A stretch of 64,000 nt of DNA from Hemiscyllium ocellatum (taxonomy: Eukaryota): positions 1,048,504-1,112,503 of the forward strand of contig NW_026867863.1 in the NCBI RefSeq assembly GCF_020745735.1, written 5' to 3'. Each line of letters begins with the position of its first letter. The stretch's first letter is position 1. A program made the position numbers and the translations under genes. Shown here piece by piece: positions 39,461 through 52,600 of the stretch. A model generated the notes under the pieces. It was not told the DNA's origin, ran no database searches, and was given only the letters and a program-made list of their open reading frames with translations.

Positions 39461-39650
39461 GAGAAGATTTGTAGCTCGGCTGCTTGTTGTTGTGGTTCTG
39501 TTTGCCGAGCTGGGAGTTTTTGTTGCAAACGTTTCGTCCCCTTTCTAGGTGACACCCAAGCACTGAAGGTTTACTTAGAAAGGGGATGACGAAACGTTTG
39601 CAACAAAAACTCCCCAGCTCGGCAAACAGAACCACAACAACATTCAGAGA
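39460..39650. repeat. Inverted repeat of Penelope terminal sequence beside the gap
   Basis: Arms 39486-39538 and 39588-39641 are near-perfect complements. Same family as the 61050-62949 terminus. Confidence 0.85.
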
Positions 39651-40150
39651 NNNNNNNNNNNNNNNNNNNNNNNNNNNNNNNNNNNNNNNNNNNNNNNNNN
39701 NNNNNNNNNNNNNNNNNNNNNNNNNNNNNNNNNNNNNNNNNNNNNNNNNNNNNNNNNNNNNNNNNNNNNNNNNNNNNNNNNNNNNNNNNNNNNNNNNNNN
39801 NNNNNNNNNNNNNNNNNNNNNNNNNNNNNNNNNNNNNNNNNNNNNNNNNNNNNNNNNNNNNNNNNNNNNNNNNNNNNNNNNNNNNNNNNNNNNNNNNNNN
39901 NNNNNNNNNNNNNNNNNNNNNNNNNNNNNNNNNNNNNNNNNNNNNNNNNNNNNNNNNNNNNNNNNNNNNNNNNNNNNNNNNNNNNNNNNNNNNNNNNNNN
40001 NNNNNNNNNNNNNNNNNNNNNNNNNNNNNNNNNNNNNNNNNNNNNNNNNNNNNNNNNNNNNNNNNNNNNNNNNNNNNNNNNNNNNNNNNNNNNNNNNNNN
40101 NNNNNNNNNNNNNNNNNNNNNNNNNNNNNNNNNNNNNNNNNNNNNNNNNN
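39651..40150. other. Assembly gap (500 N)
   Basis: Run of exactly 500 N. Confidence 1.
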
Positions 40151-43100
40151 CTAGAGACTTCCGCTAGGGTGAGGTAATCTAATCGAGACTGTGATTGATG
40201 AAATTCACTTTTGTATGGCCCCTACTTGTTATATTCTTTACTCTCTTTTTGCATTGTCTGGGAAGTGGTGGTGCACTAAGGCTGCAGTATGTTTGAAAGA
40301 GTAGCTTGGAATTGCCCTGTTGTTAGTTGTGAGATTATTTTTATGCCTCATGCCCTCGGAAATGTCTCCCATTTAGCATTCATGCTTCGCTGTGTCTCAA
40401 CATGCATTAGGTATGCCAGTTTTGTTTGTGTTCCGTGTTAATTGCTTTCTGTTTGCGATTCGCTCATTACATAACGAGTTACACAAGGTTTCTGAGGTAA
40501 CTTGCAGCAGCAAAAATCCTCAACTGAGAATCTGGGAAATTGCACTAAGTATGGTCAGTCACAGCAAAAGTTAGGAAGTCGTTCGTTTCTGCAGTGTTTC
40601 ACAATACTACCTTTCCTGTGAGCAGTCGAACAGACTAAATGATTGTGCCGCAGACTGCGAAGGCAAGCTCCGCTAAAAAGTAATCCTTTAAAACCGGTGT
40701 AAGCAACACAACGTTATTGGGGTACATCGCGTGGAAACAGATACTTCGGTGTATCTCATCCATGCTCACCGCACAGCCAAAATTAAACAAGTCCCATTCC
40801 ACAGCCTTTGGCCTCAATCTCTCTGAACCCATTCTATTAGTTTCTGGTGCAATTATTGCAATTTTCTGAGTGCAATAGCCTCCTCCACTCCCTCTGGTAG
40901 CTCATTCCATACACCCTTAACCTTGTGTGTGGGAAATGTGCCTCAGGTGCTTTGTCAATTTCAGACCACCCACCTTAAACCTATGCTCTCGAGTTTCCTA
41001 CTCACCCCAGCTTGGGTAAAACACGTAAATGCTCAGTTCACAACCCTTCCATAAAATCATTTCGCAGCCGTGACGCTGTCAGGAAAATTGTCCCAGCCTA
41101 TTCCACCTCACTCTACAGTCCAAACATTGACGACATCCTTGCTAATATTTTGTCCCCAATTTCACGTCCCTCTTGTTTTCTTAACTTTTTCAAGATGTCA
41201 ATTACCCTGGACAACAATAAGCTATTAAAAAAGAAAGGTGAAACGGAAAATGTCTTCAACTTTCAGTGCTGGATGCCACAGAGCCGCAGCGCGACTGCCG
41301 GCGGCTTGTTTCTGTAGTATAGCGGTCATCACGTTCGCCTCACCCGCGAAAGGTCCTCACTTCGAAACTGGGCAGAGACTGCTTTATTCTTCAACTACAG
41401 CCTTTTACATGGACTTTCTTGTTTGTTTTCCCATCTGCAAAACCTGCCTTCGAAATTGCTCGAACAAATTTGCTCTCTTCCTGAAATGTAATGCAATTCC
41501 ATTAAGTTAGTTTGCAAAGCATTGTAAAGTTGTTTCTCCAACCTGGGTCTGATCATATGACATTCTGCTTCAGAGTGTAGTTACCGCGTTCTGAATCTTC
41601 CACAAAAAGCAGTACCGCGTTTGCATTCCTTGTGCAGGCGGGCAGGTTCAAAGATGCGCTGGTGTCACAGTACACCACGGATTCCTGAACTAGTCTGTCT
41701 GTCAAACATAGCCCAAGTCGTCTCTGAAAGGCCTCATTTGGAAGCTGTCTGTCGTTATAATACTAATGAAATGGTTTCCTCTCCCTCACCCTACCTCATC
41801 GTTTCTCTTTGTTTCTCTTTCCTGCTCATCCCTCACTCCCACATCCCCCACTCGACATAACCTCCAAAAATATTGCCATGGCCTCCAACACTTGATGACA
41901 TTTGAAGAAATATGGCTGCAGACTGTGACCGACTCCTGGTCCCCTCGCCTGGGTTTATCTCCCATTCAGTGTCTCCATTGAATGCTTTGCATTTTTTATA
42001 ATCTCAGTTGGCCAGCTGCCATGCGTATCCACGGATTCAAGCCCTTTCCCAAGTAATTCCTATTTGTTTGAATCAAGCTTATAAACGTCTTCCATGGCGA
42101 GTTCAATACAGGCAGCAGCACATCCTCACCGTTTCACTGATATCATCAAGTATTAGAAGTTTAATTATTAAGGTCATTACACTGCTCTAGGTCAGAGATG
42201 TGTAATTACTCCTGTGTTTATTATGGCAAGAACTTTCAGTGAACTCCGAACGGATGGAGGAGCAGGAAAGGAAAAGGAATAAAATTCTCTTTTCAACAAA
42301 ACAGCCAGTACTGGCGAATATGACATGAAGCTTCAGTGAATTTGAATAATGACAAATTACTGTATTCGCGTTCTGAATCGAACATTTGTTCGTGTAAGGG
42401 ATAAATGAGCAATAGTGTATAAAGAGCTTGAGTTTTTTTTTCCGAAGTAATGAAGTTAAACTTAAATCCTTGCATGTGGTATGTTTTCCCTCTGTTCCAG
42501 TGCAGACCTCTTTATTCCACACCCACCAGTTCTTGCCCTCACAGCGGAAACTCTGAATGGTGTTATGAAGTGCCAAATATTAACATTGTGATCATGGACA
42601 TACTTAAACTGATTAAACTGGTACTTCATGACCAGTTGCAGCTGTGAAAATGTTGTTAAGTCACACCGTGAATTAGGTGGAAACCTGCGTTTGCCAGAAG
42701 CTAAAGGAAATGGGTTGGCAAGTACGTTTGTTCTGAGGTCAGATGAAATCTGCTATATTTAGTATCAATAATGTGAATGGAAAGTTCTGGCAGTCGTTCT
42801 AAGATTATGTCAGGATTGCCTCACGAAGGCATCACATGGCAGCGTGGTGAACACCAGCACAGATGAGAACAATCACAGAAAACAACTGCTTGACTAGTTC
42901 AGAAATGTTGGTTCATTTTGAGAGGTCAATTTTGAATCAGCACAAAACATCTAAAGTTTTTCAGTGGTCGCTTGAATTTTGCTTGTATTTCAGTATGAAG
43001 GTCTTGCATTGCCCAGAAATTACTATGAACAAGGGTGACATGCTGAAGAAATGGTTTTCTCTTCCTTTCCCTCTGTGCTGTCTCTTCCACATCACAACCG

Positions 43101-43591
43101 CAGTATTGCCTCATTGTGGTGTACTGTCGCCATCCTGTGGAAATCAAAAGAACCCTATACCAACACGATTATCTTGCACAGTCATTGACTAACTTAATAA
43201 AACTCGTTAACCAGGCGTAGAATACTGACTATCAAGTCTGCGATTTTTTTTTGATGAATTGTTTTGGAGTTAATTCTGGATAAGTTTACTTATGTTAAAT
43301 GATTAATCTGTGCACTTCGATGAATTACAATTCTGGAGACATTGTCAGTGCAAACGGTGAGGAAAATGGGAATGCGGGTTCTCCTGGATCAAGTGAAGTA
43401 ATTGCAAAGTAAGTTAAGTTGACTGCATGACTAAGATAGTCATTATTTCAGAATATGGCAAACCATTAGGAAATCACTGGAGAGCTGGCAGTTTGTGCAA
43501 TGTTAAATAACCATCAATGTTAACAACACGGAGACAATGATTTGATCATGTTCGTATCAGCTCTCGAAGAGGAGCTTGCCTACGATCGCTA

Positions 43592-45782
43592 ATCAGAGAA
43601 AACGAGAACTGCAGATGCTGGAGATCAGAGCTGAAAAATGTGTTGTTGGAAAAGCGCAGCAGGTCAGGCAGCATCAAAGGAACATGTGAATCGACGTTAC
43701 GAGTATAAGCCCTTCTTCAGGAATGAAGAGGGTTTGCCAAGCAGGCTAAGATAAAAGGTAGGGAGGAGGGACTTCAGAGAGGGGCATTGGGAATACGATA
43801 GACGGAAGGTGGTGCAGGTGAATTTCTGACGGATATGGAAAGATCCCTTGGGGCCTTGGAGGGAAGTGAGGGGGGAGGGGTGGGTGCAAGTTTTGCATTC
43901 TGGTCAGTTGTAGCGGAAGATGCTGAGAGTGGAGGTTGGGTTGGTGGGGTGTGTGGATCTGATGAGGAGTCGCGGATGGAGTGGTCTTTCAGGAATGCTG
44001 ATAGTGGTGGGGAGGGAATATATTCTTTGTGGTTGGATCTGTTTGAAGGTAGCGAAAATGACGAAGGATGATACGATGTATCTGGAGGCTTTGGGGTGGT
44101 AGGTGAGGACCAGTGGGTTTTGTCCTGGTGGCGATTGGAGGGGCGGGGATCAAGGACGGAAGAGCGGCAATTGGAGTAGATGTGGTTGAGAGCATCGTCA
44201 ACCACGTCTGAGGGGATATTGTGGTCTTTGAAGAAGGAGACCATCTGAGTGTTTCGGTATTGGAATTGGTCCACCTGGGAGCAGATGCGGCGAAGGCGAA
44301 GGAATTGGGAATATGGGATAGCATTGATACAGGGGGCAGGGTGGGAGTAGGTGTAAACTAGGTTGCTGTGGGAGTCAGACCGTTTATAGTAAATGTCCGT
44401 GTAGAGTCGGTCGTCCGAGATAGAAATGGAGAGGTCTAGAAAGAGGAGCCAGCAGTCTGAGATGGTCCAGGTAAATTTGGGGTCGGGGTGGAAGGGGTTA
44501 GTAAATTGAATGAACTGTTCAACCTCCTCGTGGGAGAACGAGGTAGTGCCGATACAGTTATCGATGTAGCGGAGGAAAAGGTGGGGGGTGATGTCAGTGA
44601 AGCTGCAGAAGATGGACTGTTCCACATATCCAACGAAGAGGCAGGCATAGCTGGAGCCCATGCGGGTGCCCATGGTTACTCCTTTAGTTTGGAGGAAGTG
44701 GGAGGATTGGAAAGAGAAGTTGTTCAGAGTGAGGACCAGTTCAGTCAGTCAAAGGAAGTTGTCAGTAGAAGGGTACTGGTTGGTTCGTCGGGAAAGGAAG
44801 AAGCAGAATGCTCTGAGGCCTTCATGATGGGGGATGGAGTTGTATAGGCACTGGATGTCCATGGTGAAGATATGGCATGGGGGGCCGGGGAAGCGAAAAT
44901 TATGGAGGAGATAGAGGGCTTGTAGATGGAGAGTTCTTGGACTGAGGGGGACAAGACCGTCTCAAAGTACACAGAAATGAGTTTGGTGGGGCAGGAGCAG
45001 GCTGAAACAATTTGTCAGTCGTCGCAGGCAGATTTGTGGATTTTGGGCAGGGGGTAGCGGGGCTTGTGGGACTATGAGGTTGGAGGCAGTGGATGGGAGA
45101 TCGCCTGAGGTGATGAGGTTATGGATGGTCTGGGAGATGATGGTTTGGTGGTGGGAGGTGGGGTCATCGTCATGGGGGCAGCAGGAGGATGTGTCCGTGA
45201 GCTGGTGTTTAGCCTCAGAAATATAAAGATCGGTGCAGCAAACAAGCACCGTGCCTCCCTTTTATGCCAGTTTGATGCTGAGGTTGGGGTTGGAGCGGAG
45301 GGAGTGGAGGGATGCATCTTGCGAGGGTGAGAGGTTGGACTGGGTGAGAGAGGTTGACAGGTTGAGGTGGTAAATGTCACGGTGTCAGTTGGCGATGAAG
45401 AGATCGAGGGTGGGTAAGAGGCCAGGACGAGGTGCCCAGGTGGATGGGGTGTGTTGGATGCGGGAGAAGGGGTCGTCAGAGGGTGGGCGGGAGTCCTGTT
45501 TGAATAAATAGGCACGGAGGCGAAGGCGGCAGAAGTAATGCTCGATGTCTTGCCGCGTGTTGAATTTGTTAATCTGGGAGCGTAGGGGGATGAAGGTGAG
45601 GTCTCTGCTGATGACTAATCTTTCATCCTCAGAGAGGGGGAGGTCTGGAGGGATGGTGAAAATACGGCAGGGCTAGGAGCTAGGAGCTAGGACCGGGTGT
45701 GGGATTGGAGTTGGGAGTGGGGGCGGGATTAGGTGTGGGGACGGGGTTAGGCGTGGGGGCGGCGATCGGCGTGGGGACATGG
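43592..45782 (-). mobile_element. Neptune-type Penelope-like element, degraded
   Basis: ORF 43774-44673 has MGTRMGSSYACLFVG, FLRYIDNC (YIDD altered) and AIPYSQFLRLRRICS. The upstream ORF contains RRLRLRAYLF. Possible TSD TACG(A/T)TCGCTA at 43581-43591 and 45783-45793. Confidence 0.85.
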
Positions 45783-48494
45783 TACGTTCGCTACCAAGTC
45801 CTTTTACTATTTTATACTGCAAAACTTCTCCTGATGAAAATTGCGGATTTCTTTTGAACAACTCCATGGAAGGTGCCTCCACCACTACACTATTAGGCAG
45901 AACAATCCAGTTCCCAAACTATGCTGTTTCTTTCAAAAAATAATTCGTTTTAACCGTGTCCTTTTCTACTCAGGGCTTTTTAAAGAAGAATGCATCCAGT
46001 ATGGAATCAGGCCACTTGGCCCGACAAGTCGACACCAACCCTTCAAATAGTAACCAATCCAGATGCACTCCCAAACCCTTTTACTCTGCTCTGTCGAAAT
46101 CCCTCATAACTTTGAACACTTATAAAATGTCTTCTTCATTTTCTCTTCTCCATAAAAAGCAGTCCGAGCTTCTTCAAACTAGCCACACAGTTGTGCAGTT
46201 GTTCATCTCTGGTAACATGTTTGTGTATCTTTTGTGCACCTTCTCAAGTCCCTTCCTGAAGCATGCAGCATGGATACTAGCTGTGATGGAAAAGCAGGTT
46301 TTTTAATAAACTTTTGTCACAATTTCCTTATTTTCCATGTGACGTTTCCTATTTAAAAAGTTTAGAATCCTAATGATATCTTCAATCCGCACAACCAAGT
46401 TCATAACCTGTGCGCATGCACACAATATGCATAAACTGCATTAAATATTAGACTGGGATCAGTTCAGGAAGCATTTATCATTGTATGAAAATATATAAGC
46501 TTGTGTATAAAATGAACAAAGAACAATCCAGAATAATTCTGAGGTGGAGTGGGCCTGATTTCAATACTGCAAGAGGGCATTTGAACAAGGACATTTGAGC
46601 ACAAATTTTGGGAAATGTTCAGCTACAGTTCTACAGTGCAGCTTATCATTTCCACCAGCAGGAAATGGTGTCAAAAACAAAACTCTAATTGTCTGGATTA
46701 TTTTGCAATGGATACGGATTGTTGATAACCCCAGTGCGAAATATAGACAGTTCAGTGGGGACGTGAAGAGTAAAGGAGACTGGCAACTAAAATTAAAAGG
46801 GAATCCAAAAGTCATCCTTCGTCACAAACAGTGAAAGCGTAGCAAAACAATGATTGTGGCCAATGATCATACATACCCTGTTTAAACTTCATAGAGGCAG
46901 GGACCTGGCTAAGGCATTATGAAGAGGAAGTTGATGTCAAATTCATGGTGAAAAAAATATGCAATTGATACTTAGATGAGATGAAGTTTGACAGAATTTT
47001 AGAAAGGCTAAAATAAAATAAAATTGAAGATGCTGGAAATCTGAAACAAAAATGAAACTGCTGGAGAATCTCAGCAGGTCTGGCAGCATTTGTGGCGAGA
47101 AAGCAGAATTCTGCTGCAATTTCTTCTTCAATAAGAAAGGCTGATATTTATAGAGTGTTGGTAACTGATAACAACTGAATTGGAGACAACTTCTGATATA
47201 GGGAAAAGTAATATTGAAGCTACAGTGGTAATGTCCACAACAACCTAATCCAGTTCAAATACAGGTATGGAATCAGAGACTGGAGAATCACAACATTTAA
47301 AATATTTTTGTTCAAAGTTGTCTGGATAAGTCCAACAAACAGATTCATCTTAGTGGGAGGAAAGCTTCTAATCTACTGTAATCTCAGCCTCAAGCAACGA
47401 TACTAGGAGATCATATGGACTAACTTTATATGCTGACTAAAATATCTCGTGTGTAACCCGTTCACCTAAATCATGTGATGAAGGCCTATAATTCTTAAAC
47501 TTCAGTTTTTTTTGAGTATTTAAACCAGTTTAGAAACATCGAAAATAGGAGCAGGAGGAGGCCATGCAATCCTTCGAGTGTGCTGTGCCATTCATCACGA
47601 TCATGGCTGATTGTCCAACTCAATAGCTTTCTCCCCATAATATTCGATCCCATTTGCCACAAGTGCTATATCAAGCCCCCTCTTTAATTATAGTTGAAAA
47701 TGCTTGTTTGAAGTTTCTAAATTTGTTCTTGCGTTCAATTGAAGCTGTGAGACAAACATGGAGTCCAAACTCTGTCTAAATTCTGAGGAAGTTGGCAATT
47801 TAAATTCAAAAGAAAAGAAAGTGACGGTCAAAAAGTAAGTTTGCTCCAGTGTATGACCACGTTATGCTTCATTTGCGAAACAACAAGTCGACAAAGGGTG
47901 GTCATATGTTTGATCATCAGAATTCGTTTCATGAAGATTTCAATGTTTCCGTGCTTTATGCTACTCGATAAGACATATCACACAAAAATGGCATGGACAC
48001 AACTCCCAATCACAGTACATTCATGAAGAAATGGCTTCTCAATTGTTGACACATTTTCTCCCTTCTCCCTTGGAACAAGAAATGCTGAGTACTTAGTGGA
48101 GGACAAGCAGCAATAGAGCGTTAAATTGTTGAGTTTATCTCAGACTGAAATTTCTAGACTGTGTGAAGAAATGGTTTCACTCCTTGTGCCTGCTACTTTC
48201 TCTGTTGCCTCCTGCTGCCACCACAGTTGGCAATTTGCTTTGGCGCTCAGTGTCATTTCATGTAAAAGTATTGAGGAATTTTAAAGAAATATTCACCATC
48301 TTGTGCAGTTTGTCATTTGAAGTATGACCTTGTTTCATTAAATAATCTGCTCAGTACTTGAAATGCAGTATTGTGAGACTTCTGTAATTTTAATGCCTGA
48401 CAATAAGTTAAAGACCCAGCAACCATTTTAATTTGACATTAATTTTGTGGTTATTGATCAATTGCACGTTCACAGACTGAGCACTCACGAAAAA

Positions 48495-49440
48495 GGTAAA
48501 AACAAGGACTGCACGTGCTGGAAACCAGATTCTAGATTAGATGGTCCTGGAAAAGCGCAGCAGTTCAGGCAGCATTCGAGGAGCAGGAAAATGGAAGTTT
48601 CAGGCAAAAGCCCTTCATCAGGAATAGAGGCAGAGTGCCTGCATGGTGGAGAGATAAATGAGAGGAGGGTGGGCCTGGGGAGAAAGTAGCATGGAGTACA
48701 ATGGGTGAATGGGAGTTGGGATGGAGATGATAGGTCAGGAGGAGGGTGGGAGAAGGTAGCAAAGGGCACAATCGGTGAATAGGGCAGGGATGAAGGTGAT
48801 AGGTCAGAGAGGAGGGTGGAGTAGAGAGATGGAAAGGAAGACAGGAAAGTAGGACAAGTTATGGGGACAGTGTTATGGGGAAGTTTGGAACGGTAGTGAG
48901 GTGGGGAATGGAGAAATGGGACAACTGGTGCAGTCCATATTGATGCCCTGGGTTTGAATTGTTCAGAGGCAGAAGATGAGGCATTCTCCCTCCAGGCGTT
49001 TTGTGGTGAGGGAGAGGCGGTGAAGACGCCCAGGACCTCCATGTCCACGGCTGAGTGGGAGGGGGAGTTGAAATGTTGGGCTACAGGGCGGTGTTGTTGA
49101 TTGGTGTGGATCTCCCAGAGATGTTCTCTAAAGGTCTCTGCTCAGTGGTGTCCAGTCTCCCTGATGTAGAGCAGAACGCATTGGGTGCAAATGATATTGA
49201 TGGATGTGCAGGTAATACTTTGACGGATGTGGTAGGCTCCTTTGGGGTCTTGGATAGAGGTGAGGGAGGAGGTGTGGGCGCAGGTTTTGCAATCCCTGCG
49301 GTGGCAAGGGAAGGTGTCAGGACAGGAGGGTGGGTTGTTGGGTTCGTGGACCTGACCAGATAATCACGGAGGGAATGTTCTTTGCAGAAGACAGAAAGGG
49401 ATAGGGAGGGAAATATATCCCTGTAGTTGGGTCCGCTTGG
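48495..49440 (-). mobile_element. Neptune-type PLE 3' portion
   Basis: Homologous to 43600-44200. ORF 49081-49506 has GIAKPAPTPPPSPLSKTPK, and the terminal hammerhead block is degenerate. Confidence 0.8.
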
Positions 49441-50339
49441 ATGGGCAGAAATGTCTGTTTCGTGTTTCTGGTCATTAGTCCTAACTCTTCTGAGACATAA
49501 CAACAAACGTCTCCTGTTTCTGTACTTCCGTCATTTTGGTGAACTCATCTCAAGTAACATTTTGGAATTTGACAGGTCAAGATTGCTCTATGTTGAGCTT
49601 TATCAATTTTGACCAGTTTGCCAGCCCTTCTTGCGCTGGAATATTGGATTGGAACTGGGTTCTATCAGTCCTTTAGGGACAGGCTGCAAGGGGAATAGGT
49701 GTATAATACGGTGGAAGATGACCAGGTAAGGAAGAAGTTTCAGTGACTCTTATATTTCCACGTCCGTAGTATTTTATTGATCCCAAATTAAGGAATGGAT
49801 GGCTATGCAGGTAGTCAATGTAGAGTCAATTCCCGCCAATTCTGGCAGTTTATTAGCAGCAGACGGGTCCTCCATTGTGTGGTAGACCTCCTCCTGCATT
49901 CTAGAGGCACGCTTGCTCGATGTCCCTCCTAAAGAAGTACCTCACGACTCACAACAGGGTATCCCACCTGCATACTGTAACAGTCACTTGTCCATGGTGG
50001 CGATCAATACAGGAACTGGAAATCAAAGTAGGTGAGTGAAAGAAGTCGTGAGGGCTAGAGTGTACTGAACATTTCCAGAACCAGGTTGGGACATCCAATG
50101 AGGCCATTAATGAGTCATTAAAATCCCCCAATTGGTGCATGGACAATGGGTTACTCCTAATCCGAATAAGATTATTGTGATTGCTGCTGTTTCAGTGATA
50201 TCAAGCAAATAGTGAAGGTTGGGCATGTGATAAAATCATTTATATTCAGGGCTGAATGCTTGAGACTTTATTGTGAGAAATTTTATAATTCCTCTAGATG
50301 ATCTTAATGATCTGATTTTTTCATACAACTGTGCTTTTC

Positions 50340-52600
50340 TACATAGAATTACAGAGGAGATACAGACCATTTTGCGCAATCAGTTCATGCCAGTGTTTAT
50401 GTTCCACTCAAGCTGTTTCACATCTTTTTTCTTGTAAGTCGCCCATTGTAATTCTCTACTCTCATCCATTGTAAGTGCTCTCCTTGAAATACATCTAAAC
50501 TATTAATTTCAACTATTCTGGCTGATCACATATTCCCCGTTCTCATCATTCTATCAGTGAAGATGTTTCCTCTGAATTCCCTTTTGGATTTCTTGAGTTA
50601 CTGACTTCCATTGTCAGCCTCTAGCTATGTTCCACCCCATTGAGAAACGTTTTATCTGTACCTTTTCTTTTCAAAACCTTTCATAATTTCAGAACTGTCA
50701 GCCTTCTTTTCAAGAGAGAAGTGAACAGCACAATTCTTCCCTGATATACACAGTCAGAAATTTGTTTATCATTCTTATAAATCTTCTCCTCACTCTCTCT
50801 CGCACATTCTATAATATGTCAATTGGAGCTGCAGGCAATACTCTTAATTATAGTCAATCAAATTTTTATAGGGACTCTACTTTCAAATCTACCCCTTTAG
50901 AGATAAGGCTCAGTGCTTTGTTTGCATTTTTATACCCTTCAGAATCTGTGATGAAATGGTTAGTGACGGATGTAATTGTCTGAGATCCCATTGTTTGTCT
51001 CCCACACTTAAATACGCATTTTTGAATATGTGACCTGTACACTATTCCGACCAAGGTGTAACACCTTACGTTTATCTGTGTGGATCTTCATTTGCTAATT
51101 TTTTGACCATGCAGTAAATTAATTAATAATCTCTTGCAACGTTTGTAGTCCTCAGAGTTGACTATCTTTCAACATTCCTCTTCCAATTTGGTGTCATTGA
51201 ATTGCTTTTTTTTAATAATTAGAGACAATATTTAATTTCCAGTTTTATTTTGTTTGATTTGAATTTTTGGTGAAACACTTGGAGAGGTGCAGTAATCTAC
51301 ATGATAACTATAGCAAATAAATGTAGAATGACAGATAAAGGAGAATTATTACAAGCACAGGACTAATTAATAGGCTCTATTAACTGCAAGGTCAAAGCAG
51401 GGAACTATTTTTTCACAAATGATATAGTGAGATTATCCGGACTGCAATTGCTGTTTTCCATTTCATGCAGAGGATGGTGTGTGTATGGAATGAACTGCCA
51501 GAGAAAGTGGTTAACGCTGGTTCAATTTCAACATTTAAAAGGCGTCTTAGTATGTATATGAATAGGAAGGGTCGAGAGGGATGTGGGCCAGGTATTGGCA
51601 AATGGGATTACATGAGGATATCTGGTCAGCATGGGAAAATGAGACCAAAGGGAATGTTTCCATGTTGTGCATCTCTATGACTCCATAACACTACTCCTTT
51701 GCTCTTAATGTACGAGTAGAATCTCTTTGGATTATCTTTAACATTATCTACCAAAGTTATCTCATTTTTTTCATTCCTGCCCTCCTCATTCCCCTTTTTA
51801 GAACGTCCGTGCACCTCGTGTACTCTTCGAGATTCACTTCATCTCATTTATCTATATCTAATATATGATTTGTCCTTATTCTTAAACAGAGCCTCAATAT
51901 CTTTATTCCTCCATTGTTCCCTCCTCTTCCTAGCCTTACCTTCACTCTAACAGGAATATCATGCCTCTGAAGTCTCGTTATCTCACATCTGAAAGCCTCG
52001 CTTTTGCTGGCCTTCCCTCCAGCTGCATACAGTCTACTCCAATCAATCTTTGAAAGTTTTTGTCTTATACTGTCAAAATTTTCCCTCGTCTAATTCAGAA
52101 CTTTAACTTGTATATAATGCCAACCCTTTCCATAGGTACTTTGCAACTAATCGAATTATGACCCCTTGCCCAAACTGCTCCCCTACTAACCATTCAGTCA
52201 CTTGCCCTGCTTTATTTCACAAGAGGAGAACAGATTTGCTCCTTCTGCGGTAGCTTCTTTTGCATATTAATGAAAAGAATTCCTTCAACACTGAACAAAT
52301 TCCTCATCACTCAAACTCTTAAGACCATGACTGTCCCGCTTTATGGTTGGAAGGTTAAAATTTACTATTATTACAACCCTAGTACTCTTAGGTACAAATT
52401 AGATCTCTCAAAATATTTATTACTTAATTTCACTCTGACTACTGGGGAGACTATTACAATTGCCTCAACATAATCATGCTCTTCTTATTTGAGTTCCACC
52501 AACATAGCTTTACTGGACCATCCCTCAGAAATACCTTCTGTCAGAACAGCACTAGTATTTCACCACAAGAAAAATTGACTCCAATCTCCTTTTAGGTCTT
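50340..52600. mobile_element. Cluster of CR1 fragments in both orientations
   Basis: QRMVCVWNELPEKVVNAG (51465, plus), LVDNVKDNPKRFYSYIKSK (51626, minus), NANKALSLISKGVDLK (50866, minus). Confidence 0.75.

Noticed and set aside
39586-40167. 193-aa ORF
   Set aside because: It is an artefact of translating through the N gap.
49600-50200. Possible LTR-retroelement or coding fragment
   Set aside because: I could recognise no motif in any frame, so it is left uncalled.
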